Positions 50,101 through 61,142 of a DNA stretch of 64,000 nucleotides are shown piece after piece. The stretch is taken from positions 87,606,001-87,670,000 of the forward strand of contig OX597815.1 in the NCBI GenBank assembly GCA_951406725.2, given 5' to 3'. Position 1 is the stretch's first letter. Every line of letters starts with the position of its first letter. The notes beneath the pieces were generated by a model that saw only the letters and a program-made list of their open reading frames with translations, ran no database searches and was not told the origin of the DNA. Position numbers and translations under genes: made by a program. The DNA comes from Octopus vulgaris (taxonomy: Eukaryota).

Positions 50101-53100
50101 GAAATTTTATTTGTCCAATGCAGATCATTGTTATCAATAATGCCAAGGTCACATTCACAGCAGACTTAAAGTTGGTTTTATGAAGGGAGGGAAATTTCCA
50201 GGTTTTCTTCCCAAAATGTATAATATAAATTACAATACATATGCACTGACACTGAAAAATAAAATATTCAGCCAAAAATATGGTATATAGCAGGAAAAGT
50301 TATAAATTGGAGCAAAGCATAGGTAACAATATAAAAAAATTGAACTTAATAGTTTGATTGATTTATATTAGTGTATCATCAGTGAGGTTAACAAATGTTG
50401 CATTTAATTCAAGTCTCTGGCCTCTTTCCTTGACTTAAATCACTTGTATATGTCCATCCTGAAGTAAAGAACTGGATCAAATATGCACGCTTTGAGGAGA
50501 AGAACAACTATATTAACAGTGCACGGAAGGTGTATGAACGAGCAGTAGAGTTCTTTGGAGAGGATAATATGGACGAAACTTTGCTAATAGCTTTTGCCAA
50601 ATTTGAAGAAGGTCAAAAAGAGGTAGGTCTAAATTGTATTGTTTTAACTTATATTTGAGTTTCATTAGTGCTATCTGTGTTATTTGTTTTTCTTTACCCA
50701 TTTAGATGCCACAAATATCTGTATGTTTCCTGATGACTTATTGCTTCAGGTGGTTTTGGTTCTTTGGTGTATTTGATTTATCTTTAGTTTATATATGTTC
50801 TACACTGCAGTAAGCTGAATAAGAGTGTTAAAATCTTACTTCAGGAGTAAAAGTTGTAAATTCAAACCCAAAGTTGCAACAAAAGGAATAGAATTTTTCT
50901 TTTATAAATTACTTTCATGATTCTTCCAATTTATCTGAAGAAAAAGGACAGACAAAAATAAATAAATCTAGGAAAATTAATTTAAAACATTTAGTGAAAA
51001 CAGCTTTAATTTTTGATGTCATGTTTTCTTTATATTGTCACAAATTATAGGAGATGCATGTTGTTGATTTAATCAACACTAATGACTGGTGCATATTTTA
51101 TTGGCTTCAGTAGGATAGAAAGCAAAGAAAACTATGGCAGGATTTGGACACAGAATGTAAAGCAACATGACTAAATATAATGCATTCTATCTGGTACTCT
51201 TTAAATCTGCTATGTTGTAATTTCTGACTTGAACACAAGACCAAAACTTTATATGGGATTCAAGATTACTAGTTGTTATTCATTTTATGAGCAGCATTAT
51301 CTAACATCAAGTTAAGGAAACGCTATCATTGACTGAATTCCCTTATATTAATGTTACCAATTTTATTGATTTCTGAAGGAATGAAAAGTAAAGTCAACTA
51401 TAATATGATTTAAACTCAGAAATTAAAGAGATATAGCTAAATGTCAAAAGACATTTTGTCTAATGATCTACTAAATTTCATTCACAAGGCATTGCACAGC
51501 ATGAGGCTATAGTAAAAGACACTTGCCCAAGGTTCTACATTTTGGGCTGAGTCTCAAACCATATGGTTGCTCAGTGAAGTTTTTTTTCACACCATAACCA
51601 TGTCTGTATTACTGATATTATTTTTTAGAATCTACAGTTCAGTTGGGCTGATACTATACTTCCTTGAGTGGGATTGTGAGTTTAAGTCTAGTCATACTAT
51701 GAGGATGTAGTATAGCTTATTACAATTTTTTAGTGTTTTACCAGCATTGTTGTAGTATAGCAGAATAATATGAAAGATAATTAAAGGCTATGTGTTTGAT
51801 TTTTTTCCAGAGTTAAGATTGTATGGCCCTTAGGTTGAAGAGATGACTAGTGTATAACAAAAACATAGTTTTTATAGATACTGTCTCCTTAGACTGCTTT
51901 TTCAATATTTTGCTCCAACTCAAAAAATTGAATGTTTCAGAAAAAATTCTGTTCTGAAAGATATGTAATTCATGGTTCTTTGTAAACTAACAATTTTAGA
52001 GTTTTGAACATGGAATTTTTACAGATGTGGTTATATTAATTTGCTTAAGTTTATTATGTTGTGTTTTTTTTTTCAAAATGAAATACCAGTTGTCTTATTT
52101 TTCTATAATTTTTATTTGTATACATTTAATAAAATCTATTACAGCATGAGCGAGCTCGAGCAATTTATAAGTTTGCCTTAGATGGTTTACCAAAAGAGAA
52201 ATGTACAGAAATATATAAGAATTATACAAAGCACGAGAAACGCTATGGAGATCGTACAGCCATTGAAGATGTCATTGTCAGCAAAAGGCGATTCCAGTAT
52301 GAAGAGGTAGGGTGATATATTTCTAGCTTAGGAATGGATAATAAAATTGGTGAAATAGGGTATACACACAGGGTTTATAAATTACTGTAGTAATATTAGA
52401 ATCATTAGTTAAGTATGTTTTATAAATAAAATTGTCATGTGTTGACGTATTAGTTCCCTTTTTTCTCAGAACAGAGTTGAAATTTTGATTCCAAGTGTAA
52501 TTTGACTCTGGATATTATTAGCACTCTAATGTCCTTTTTTTTTTGTTTATTACAAACTTTAAAAATGTTTAACTTAAAACTGTTGTTATGTGAGTTCAGT
52601 GGAACTGAATGTTTGAAAATAATCTTACTGAGAATCAAGTTATTGAGTCTATGGTAAGATTTTTGAATATCAGTTTAGTTACTTTGTATGTATAGACAGT
52701 TTTTCCATAAAGTTTTTTTCACCAATAATGAAATGTTTTTAAAAACATATTTTAATTTGTTTTCATTTATTATATTATAATTTTTTGATATTATCAAATC
52801 ACTATAGTGTATTTAACTTTCATACATGTATAAACAAGAGATTAACATGCTTGATGCAAAAATTTCAGCCATAAGGATGTGGTTAGTGATCTGAGAAGTT
52901 ATAATACAATCTATCTTAAATATTTAGACAGTCAACTCATATGTGTAGTTAGATCTTTTTTTAAGAGTCCTGTGCTGGTGTTATGTAAAAATGTACATGC
53001 CAATGGTGTGTTAAAGCACCCAATACAGTGGTTGGCATTAGGAAGAGCATCGAGCCATAGAAACCAAGCCAAATCAGACTGGAACCTGGTTTAGCATCTC

Positions 53101-56004
53101 ACCTTGCCAGCTATGGTCAAATCGTCCAACCCATGCTAGCAAGGAAAACATACATTAAAGGATGATGATGATGGTTTTATTTATTAAGAGTAATATTATC
53201 ATATTTAGTTTTAATATTTTTGTTTCTATCCAGATTATAAACAGATTAACATTGGGTCTAACAAATTCATTGTCGTATAATTGACTTGGTATTTGTCTAT
53301 GTAAGCAAATTACTCTATAATAAATTAGGTACATTGTATAGTAACTTATATAATGATTGTTCATTATTTAAGCTAAAAATTATTTTATTAGATCAGTTCA
53401 TTAATAAGGTAAATATCTAATAAAATAGTGTAATATAAAAAATGAATTATCTTTATTTTGCAGGAAGTGAAAGCAAATCCAATGAACTATGATGCCTGGT
53501 TTGACTACCTGCGTCTTCTAGAAGCTGATGGAGAAGTGGAACAAATTCGGGAAGTTTATGAGAGAGCCATAGCCAATGTTCCCCCCTCACAGGTCTGTAA
53601 CTAAACATTATAATCTTTACTCAGACACATAGTTGGTGATTCACACAACTCGCTGGGATGTAGAGCTACCACTGAAGAACTCTTCATGTAGTGCATTTCA
53701 GATAAGCTTTAATCTGTCATATGATTTAACTATCTGGTTTTTAGCTTCCTTTAATGGAGATCACTTTGTTGTAAGTATTCAGGTCAGGTCTCCACTTCGA
53801 AGATGACTTCCATCCTTCCTCCCTCCAGTCTTGAGGATGTTGAAAAATAAAGGATAATGGGCCTGATTTTTCTCACCCCAATATGGGTGGTAAACAAAAA
53901 AGTGTTAACATTTTCAATGCCAAAGTATTAAGAAGTTAACCAGAAAAAAATTATGCAATGAAAAAAAAATATTTTAGTCACTGAGTATTATTTTGATTCT
54001 TTTGGCAAGTATAGGAGACAACTCTGGACATATTTTGAACTTATCATAACCTCGTCAGTGAAACATAAACTTCACCATATTTGCCAAAGTAGTGATTGCA
54101 GAATCAATAACTGAATGCATAATAATGTACACTTGTTGGTGTAAAAGAGTAGAAATATTCAGAGAATAAATTATTGTTAGAAGGCATTTTAGCTGTGCTC
54201 ACCACTTTCCAAGATTGGACTAATGAACAATTGGCAATTTTATAGTGCTCCCACTGTTTATGAACAGGTTTTTTTTATCCTATACTGTACTGCCTATTCT
54301 TAGTTTAATAAAGTTGGTGGGAAACTGAGTCATTAGAGAGATAAGTATCTCGGCTATTGGTTGTGGTTATATATGAATTACTGACCCACTCTTATTTCCT
54401 TTTCTTCACTTACCCTCCCCCAAACTGATATTTACTGTGTCCACCTCAATCCCCATCTCTATTCGTCTGTCGCACTTTTTTCACTCTAGTGCACTTACTG
54501 TCAGCCCATCTTTTCTGTTCCTCTATCCCTATTCTCTCTCTCTTTCTAGATGGGGGAAGCCATGTATTCAACACTTCAGCAAGACCCCTGGTCCTATCCC
54601 TACTTTCATATCCCTCAATACTATATCCCACTCAGTTCAAGGATCTTGTCTTGTAAGTACTTGATGACCTCACCAGTGCTGGTGCCATGAAAAGAGCATC
54701 CAGTGCACTCCGTGAAGTGGTTGGTATTAGAAAGGGCATCAAACTATAGAAACCATACCAAATCAGACATTGGAGTTTGGTGCTGCCCTCTAGTTCATCA
54801 GTTCACCCTATACTAGCATAGAAAAAGAGACATTAAATAATGATGATTTTTGAGGGATTTTGCTTGTCTTTTGATTTGGTATTTTGAAGTTGCATTAACT
54901 CTGCTTAAATAGACATATGATGTAGAGATAGTTGGTTTAATCCCTTGAGAATAACCTGCGAGTTAACCACTTCAAAGCTACACATATAAAATGTCAGTCA
55001 TGTTTCTTTGTGTTCCAGTTTCTTGTGATAGTCAACCTGACTTTATTAATTTTGAATGTAGTCCTTAGTTTTAAGACATAAACAGCAGAATTATTGTCAG
55101 TGTTACCTTTATTTCTTCTGTCTTTTGTGTTCTCTTCCTTCATTTTCTTCTGTTCAGTTCATATGCCAATGTATAAAGTTGAAAAAACATAATGTTTTCT
55201 TTATTGATTGTAGCATGAAAAAGGAAACAAACCAAAGAATATCTCCCTCTATCCTTATCACTGTGGTAACTTTATCGTTTCTAATAATAATCTTATCTGA
55301 TTACAGGATAAACGACACTGGCGCCGCTACATATATTTGTGGATCATGTATGGTTTCTTTGAAGAGTTAGATTGTATGGATGCTGACAGGGTCCGTGCAG
55401 TGTATAATGCTGCCTTAGAAGTAATTCCTCACAAAAAATTCACCTTTGCAAAAATTTGGCTGTTATTTGCACAGTTTGAAATTCGACAAAAAAATCTTCA
55501 AGCTGCTCGTAAAATCTTGGTAAGTCATACAAAACATTTACATAATGTTCTTGAAGATTGTGCCATGTTGATGCATTTCACAAAGGTAATCTCGTTTCCA
55601 CAAATTTGCGGTGTAGCTATGGTGCATTGGGATTCTGTTAAGACATACCATTTGCTCTAAGATGTTCTGACTGTAAGATTCTGTTTAAATTAACAATAAG
55701 ACAGGTTGGTTGAGACAGTTAACATTTCTCAAATACAATGCTTTATACTTCAGTAGATTAAGAAGCAAAAACACATGACGATTTAGTCCTCTACTACTCT
55801 TCAAACATGCTGCAAATAATAATAATGTATAACTGAAGCTAAAAATCAAAAGTGGATTTTTAGCTGGTTACATCAACCCTAATACCTGACTTGTACTTTA
55901 TTCTATTGACCTCTGAAAAGTAAAAGGTAAAGTTGCCTTCATCTAAATTCCCCTCATAGTGTATCTTACCATCTTAAAAAAATGAAGGACACATTAATTC
56001 AGTC

Positions 56005-56052
<48 letters not shown>

Positions 56053-59000
56053 GGTGCGATGGGTAAATTGTCACCATTTTATATTTTTAATTTTGCACAT
56101 GTGCATTGTCTGTTTTTGATTTTGTTGACTACACAGTATAGTAGGTTCGGTTGGGTACTGTCTGAGAAAACAGTACCATAATGCAATTCACTCTGCCAGA
56201 AATTTGGAAACGACTTGCTGTACTGCTTGGCATTCGCACCAGAGGCTCCAATACTAACATTTCAGAGTGTTTAAGTGTCAATATGAGGACAGTGCAATCT
56301 GAGGAGATGTACCAAGAGTGATAAAAATCAAACATCCAGTCAACATCATGCTGTTTGGAGTGATCACTAGTGATGGTGATGTTTTGCTTCCATTCATCTT
56401 CCCATAAGGTCTCAGACTCAACATGGAGGCCTACATCAAGTGCCTAGGTGAAGAGGGTGGCTGCTGGAACACGCTATGTCTGGCAGCTGGACTCTACACC
56501 ATGCCACACAAGCAGGAGAACCCTGTCATGGTTGTCAGACAATTTCTGTGACCACATCACCCCTAACATCTGGCCACCTAACTCCCTAGACTGCAGCCTC
56601 CTTGATTATTATGTGTGGGGTGCAGTTGAGGGAGAGACCAGCAAAACTTCTTGTAACACCAAAGATGAACTGAAGGCAAAGATTATGGCAGCATTCATCA
56701 ACTTAGACAAGGAAACCATGCAGAAGAGTTGCAAGAGATTCTGAAGTTGTCTGGAGACCGTGGTTGAAGCCAATGGTCATGTTATCGAATAAATTTACTC
56801 TTTAGATTTCAAAACATTTTTATGTAATTTTGGTAAATATATCTGTTAAAATGAGATGTCAGTGTTATTTTCATTTTTGCGTAATTTAGACAACAGTTTA
56901 TTCACCACACCCTGTATATATACAGGATTTCAATAAAAAACAAAACAACCCAGATGGTTAAAGCTGGAATATCTTGTTACTATAGGTTTGCTTGGTCTTG
57001 ATCTTAGCTGATCTGGAGCTAAATAACAGCAGCAACAAATCTAATTAAGGTGTATAGTATAATGAATTTTTAATAGAGAAGGAGTGTAGTGAATTAAATA
57101 GTACTCCTGCTACTCATTTTATCTTTGCTGGAACTTTGAACTTGAGAAATAAAGGTTCATTAGTACTGCAAAAAAAATTATTCTGGCGTTCCATTTCTGC
57201 CATTCCACTATCCTACATGGTGGCTTGACCTGTTAAAAATAGCAGCTAAATCTCTTTAAAATTACATCCTGTGTCCTTAACAAGAAAAGGATATATTGAA
57301 TAATTTTGTTTGATAAAAAATGGATGGTCATGTGTCTGTCTGTCAAAATGTTTACATTCTACAATTGCATGAATGATCATTGGTGTTTGCTGTTGTCATT
57401 TTCTTGTTATTAAATTGAATCTTGATCCTTTATTGTTTTATTTGTGAAACTGTATATTCTGTGATTTCCCTTAACTTATTCTTTTACCATAAACTTATTT
57501 TTACATTCTCCGTATCATCTTTTCATATTAGTTTTAATAAGATGACTAGATGAATCCCCTTAAAAATATTAGTGGATTTCTCTCCTTTGCTCAGAGTCAC
57601 AAATATGTAAGAAAGAGATATTGTCAATAGAATCCACTCCTAGTAAACTACTGGTATTTGTTTTTTCAGCCTTGTAGGGATGAAAGTTAAAGTCAGCCTT
57701 GACAAGAGTTCAACATAAAATATAATATAGCTGCTCTGGTGCTCGACTTTTGTTACTGTATAACCTTTTCTTTAAATATATATTAGAAGAATAAATATTT
57801 TTCAAAATATTGTATTACAGGGTGTTTCATTAGGGAAGTGTCCCAAAAATAAGCTATTCCGTGGTTATATTGATCAAGAGATTCAGTTGAGAGACTTTGA
57901 CCGATGTCGTATACTCTATGAAAAATTCTTGGAATTTGGTCCAGAGAACTGTATGACCTGGATGAAGGTAAGCAATTTACTGCTTTTTTTATGCATGATT
58001 GACACTATGTAAATGAAAAAAGTCATGTGCTGACAGTGGAAGTCATCTATGGCGGAAAAAGATGATATTTCTAAGCTGAACTCGTCATTTTGCATAACTG
58101 TAGGAAATAGGAACCAGATCCTTTGGGAATATTCCCTGTGATTGATATATTGTACTTTTTATTTATAGCAGCTATTTCTTCTCTTTATATTCCTTTACTT
58201 TTCTTTCTGACGTTTCATAACACTACTATGTTGTCATGTAGAGCTATTTTATAATTTCAACACTTGAAATTTTCCCCAAAATTGTTTGAAATAATAAATT
58301 AAATTAAAAGAACACATTTTATATCTCTTTCACTCTTCTAGGCTTCCCTAACTTGTTTAATAAAACCATTTTCTCTTGTATTTTTGTGTTTTAGTATGCA
58401 GAATTAGAAGCCATTTTGGGTGACAGTGAGCGGACAAGAGCAATATATGAATTAGCCATCAACCAACCGAAGCTAGACATGCCTGAAGTCCTTTGGAAAT
58501 CTTATATTGATTATGAATTTGACCAAGAAGAATATGGTCGTACACGGAACCTCTACCGGCGTCTATTACAAAGGACTCAACATGTAAAGGTATGTGTGAC
58601 TCATGCAGAATAGAGGATGTAAGACACTTTGGTTCTCACTTGATAATTTTTAGATTTTTACTGCTTTTTTTTTCTATGAAAATCATTGGCTTCCAGAGGC
58701 TTAATTCTAGTAAATTTTTGTTGAATAATCCTAGTCTGAATTGTCTGATGGTGTCTAAGAAAAAGTAATTGTAGAAGTATTGGTGAAATGTGTTGATGTT
58801 GGAGTGTAAGGGGAAACTTTCTGTGAGGACACATTGTATTGGGAGTATTCCCTTGATATTTAATCTAAAGATAAGTCATTGCCACTGATATTGAATATCT
58901 TTCTATCTTGTGATATAGGTGTGGATAAGTTTTGCTCACTTTGAAATGTCACTTCCTGGCAGTCAATCCATAAAAAATGCTCGTGGTGTTTATATGGATG

Positions 59001-61142
59001 CAAACAAATCATTGAGGACAGCTGAAGAAAAGGAAGAACGTGTAATGCTGTTGGAATCTTGGCTTGACTTTGAGGTAGGACTTTATACTTTTATTCCATC
59101 ATTGTTTTCCTTTTGTGATAATTTATATTATTCTACTGGCAAGTGTGATGGGTGCACAAAAGGTCCTGTACTATTGCAGGAAAATTGACCATAAAGTTTA
59201 CATTGATTGTGTTGTGCAATTTTAATCAGATCTGGTAGTAATGTCTCTGTTATAGTCTTTATAGTATTTGAAACAAGCAGAAAATATGAAGTATGTGGGT
59301 GAAAACACACATAGACACACACTCACAAAACATACCCTTTGTTCTCCTTTTGCTATAAAATTTTATTTTTCCATATTCAACAACACAATTTCTATAGAGT
59401 TAGAACATTTCAACCTATTTTTGTAACTTTTTCATCTGGCTTGGATTGTGAAATATGCACTCTTCTACATGGTTGGAAAATGTCTAAATAAATAAAGAAA
59501 AACTGCATGTCATCATTTTCACATTTTTATTCAGAAATGTTTTAAGAATTATAATTTAAAGTCATTAAAGGAACAACTTCCATGTTAAAACAATGAATGA
59601 AAGAATTTCAAAGTGTTAAGTATTTTAAACTTATTGCATCTTATTTAACTTTAAACTGAAACTCTTTTATTTTCTGTTATGCTAAATTTATTTTGATATA
59701 AAAAGCATCCAATCCACACTGTAAAGAGGTTGGCATTTTGAAGGGCATCCAGCTGTAAAAACCTTGCCAAAACTGACCTTGTCTGTGCTTGTACCTTGTA
59801 AAAAGCACTAAGTCTACTCTGCTGGATGGTTGGTGTTAGGAAGGGTATCCAGCTGTAAAAATCCTGCCAAAACAGTCACAGAAGTCTGGTGGAGGTTTCT
59901 GCCTGGTTGGCTTCTGTCTAACTGTTCCACCCATGCCAGTGTGGAAGATGGTTGTTAAACAATGATGATGATGATGATGATGATGATGGTGGTGATGATG
60001 ATTGTACTGCTTATTCAGTTTCTAAAATTATCTTCTTTCTTAACCTTTTGCAGAAGGAGGCTGGTGATGCCAATTCATTGAAAGTTGTCGAAAAACAAAT
60101 GCCTCAGAAAATCAAGAAACGCCGGAAGATTGAATCTGAAGATGGAGTGAGTTACTTTAGAAGAAAAAAATTGTCTATTTATTTTTATGCAATATTGTGG
60201 AATCAGTGATGATTCTTGCATGAAGTGAATTTTCTTCTAGAAGGAAAATATTACAAGCAACTTCTTATATACTAAATGTTGTCATGAAGTGGATCTTACT
60301 GATTTATTTTATTTCTCAGTTTTGACCTTAGCTTTAGTCCTAATCTACATCAATTCATGAATGGTTGCAAGAAGGCTGGTTTCATAGAAAAAAGACAAAT
60401 ATCTAAAATCTATGGATTAAATCACTGGAAAATGATGCAACTGACAGAACATTCAACTTTACTATTCGCAAATGTTAGGGATCTAAGACAGTCTTACTAT
60501 CCTTAACCACAAAAATTGGATACTAGGTAGTCTATTGCAGCAAAATGTAACTGTTACAGCTGCAGTATAATGAAACCAAGATATAGAAGCAAAGATTCAC
60601 CCAGACACTTTTCAGCCTTTGCATCTTCTTTGTATTTGTTTGTCGGTCATTAGACACACACACGTACACACGTATACTCAATATTTGTTTGTTATTGGCC
60701 TGGTTCTTATATCTCCTCATCAGTTATCTCTGACATACTTTCAGCTTATTTCCTATAACCTGTAACTTGTGTTCTGAAGTTAATTTTTAGTTTGTACTCC
60801 ATTATATGTCTATATCTTCCCTCTCCTTTCTAGCTATAACCCCCCCCCCTTCCCATATTGATCCTTTCCTGTTTTGATGGAATAACTTAATGCTCACTTT
60901 GTTTTTATTTATTGCCTTCACAGTCTCATGCTGGTTGGGAAGAATATTATGATTACATCTTCCCCGAAGAAGAAGCTTCACAGCCAAACCTCAAGCTGCT
61001 GGCAATGGCAAAGAAATGGAAACAGAAACAAGTGGTAGAAGATGAGGATGAAACAGATGAAGAAAGGGAAGAAGATGAAGATGAAGATGAAGAGGAGGAA
61101 AGTAGCGAAGAGGAAAACCAAGAAAGTGATGAATCTTCATGA
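39679..61142 (+). CDS. CRNKL1: Crooked neck-like protein 1 (Clf1/Syf3; HAT-repeat NineTeen-complex splicing factor), complete, 16 coding exons, 704 aa
   Basis: Exons 39679-39729, 43421-43510, 44554-44616, 45504-45595, 46405-46488, 46897-47015, 48231-48353, 50444-50622, 52145-52306, 53464-53592, 55307-55519, 57821-57967, 58395-58589, 58919-59074, 60054-60146, 60924-61142 total 2115 nt with an open frame. Diagnostic stretches: [75 protein letters not shown]. 14 GT-AG introns and 1 AT-AC intron. Confidence 0.97.
41060..41965 (+). mobile_element. Highly decayed LINE ORF2 fragment
   Basis: [22 protein letters not shown] at about 41898-41963 matches the pre-RT motif VxPIPKKGDxSxPxNYRPISL. The upstream boundary is approximate. 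Confidence 0.55.
42420..43378 (-). mobile_element. 5'-truncated CR1/L2-group LINE (RT C-terminal half)
   Basis: ORF 43166..43405: [45 protein letters not shown], followed by broken downstream frames. Confidence 0.82.
43421..43510 (+). CDS. CRNKL1: CRNKL1 exon 2
   Basis: [30 protein letters not shown]; CAG|, |GTAAGT. Confidence 0.95.
44554..44616 (+). CDS. CRNKL1: CRNKL1 exon 3
   Basis: [21 protein letters not shown]; TAG|, |GTAAGT. Confidence 0.95.
45504..45595 (+). CDS. CRNKL1: CRNKL1 exon 4
   Basis: [31 protein letters not shown]; weak donor AG|GTTTCT. Confidence 0.94.
45759..45833 (-). pseudogene. tRNA-Ala(AGC)-like pseudogene or tRNA-like repeat head
   Basis: GGCTCT...AGAGCC acceptor stem, anticodon loop CTAGCAA, T-loop GGTTCAAACC, TTTT right after the 3' end; D arm degenerate. 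Confidence 0.45.
46405..46488 (+). CDS. CRNKL1: CRNKL1 exon 5
   Basis: [28 protein letters not shown]; CAG|, |GTAAGT. Confidence 0.95.
46897..47015 (+). CDS. CRNKL1: CRNKL1 exon 6
   Basis: [39 protein letters not shown]; CAG|, |GTAAAT. Confidence 0.95.
48231..48353 (+). CDS. CRNKL1: CRNKL1 exon 7
   Basis: [41 protein letters not shown]; ends at U12-type donor |ATATCCTTT. Confidence 0.94.
48354..50443 (+). other. U12-type (minor spliceosome) AT-AC intron, CRNKL1 intron 7
   Basis: 5' site ATATCCTTT at 48354-48362; branch site TTTCCTTGAC at 50425-50434; 3' end CAC| at 50443. Splicing restores ..[22 protein letters not shown] in frame. Confidence 0.95.
49350..49765 (+). mobile_element. tRNA-derived SINE, well-preserved full-length copy inside the U12 intron
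   Basis: GCAGGAGTGGCTGTGTGGTAAG head, GGGTTC box, GCACCTTGGGCAAGTG core, internal microsatellite, 3' end CAAATGACTGAAACAAGTAAAGAG. Confidence 0.9.
50444..50622 (+). CDS. CRNKL1: CRNKL1 exon 8
   Basis: [60 protein letters not shown]; AC| acceptor, |GTAGGT donor. Confidence 0.94.
52145..52306 (+). CDS. CRNKL1: CRNKL1 exon 9
   Basis: [54 protein letters not shown]. Confidence 0.95.
53464..53592 (+). CDS. CRNKL1: CRNKL1 exon 10
   Basis: [43 protein letters not shown]; donor CAG|GTCTGT. Confidence 0.95.
55307..55519 (+). CDS. CRNKL1: CRNKL1 exon 11
   Basis: [21 protein letters not shown]...[31 protein letters not shown]. Confidence 0.95.
56050..56914 (+). mobile_element. maT (DD37D) internally deleted copy
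   Basis: TA-CAGGGTG...CACCCTG-TA. In ORF 56448..56744, exactly 37 residues separate the D of QLD and the D of LLDYYVW. Confidence 0.9.
57821..57967 (+). CDS. CRNKL1: CRNKL1 exon 12
   Basis: [49 protein letters not shown]. Confidence 0.95.
58395..58589 (+). CDS. CRNKL1: CRNKL1 exon 13
   Basis: [41 protein letters not shown]...LLQRTQHVK. Confidence 0.95.
58919..59074 (+). CDS. CRNKL1: CRNKL1 exon 14
   Basis: VWISFAHFE...[17 protein letters not shown]; TAG|, |GTAGGA. Confidence 0.95.
60054..60146 (+). CDS. CRNKL1: CRNKL1 exon 15
   Basis: [31 protein letters not shown]; CAG|, |GTGAGT. Confidence 0.93.
60924..61142 (+). CDS. CRNKL1: CRNKL1 exon 16 (last coding exon, acidic tail, TGA)
   Basis: [36 protein letters not shown]...DESS*. 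Confidence 0.95.
   Translation, partial: SHAGWEEYYDYIFPEEEASQPNLKLLAMAKKWKQKQVVEDEDETDEEREEDEDEDEEEESSEEENQESDESS

Noticed and set aside
60035-60053. TTCTTAAC U12-like branch sequence before exon 15
   Set aside because: The matching donor is GTAGGA, a U2-type site, so the intron is major class.
60201-60305. GTGATGA...CTGA box C/D snoRNA-like pair in intron 15
   Set aside because: No independent terminal stem, no recognisable rRNA or snRNA guide, and such boxes occur often by chance in AT-rich DNA.
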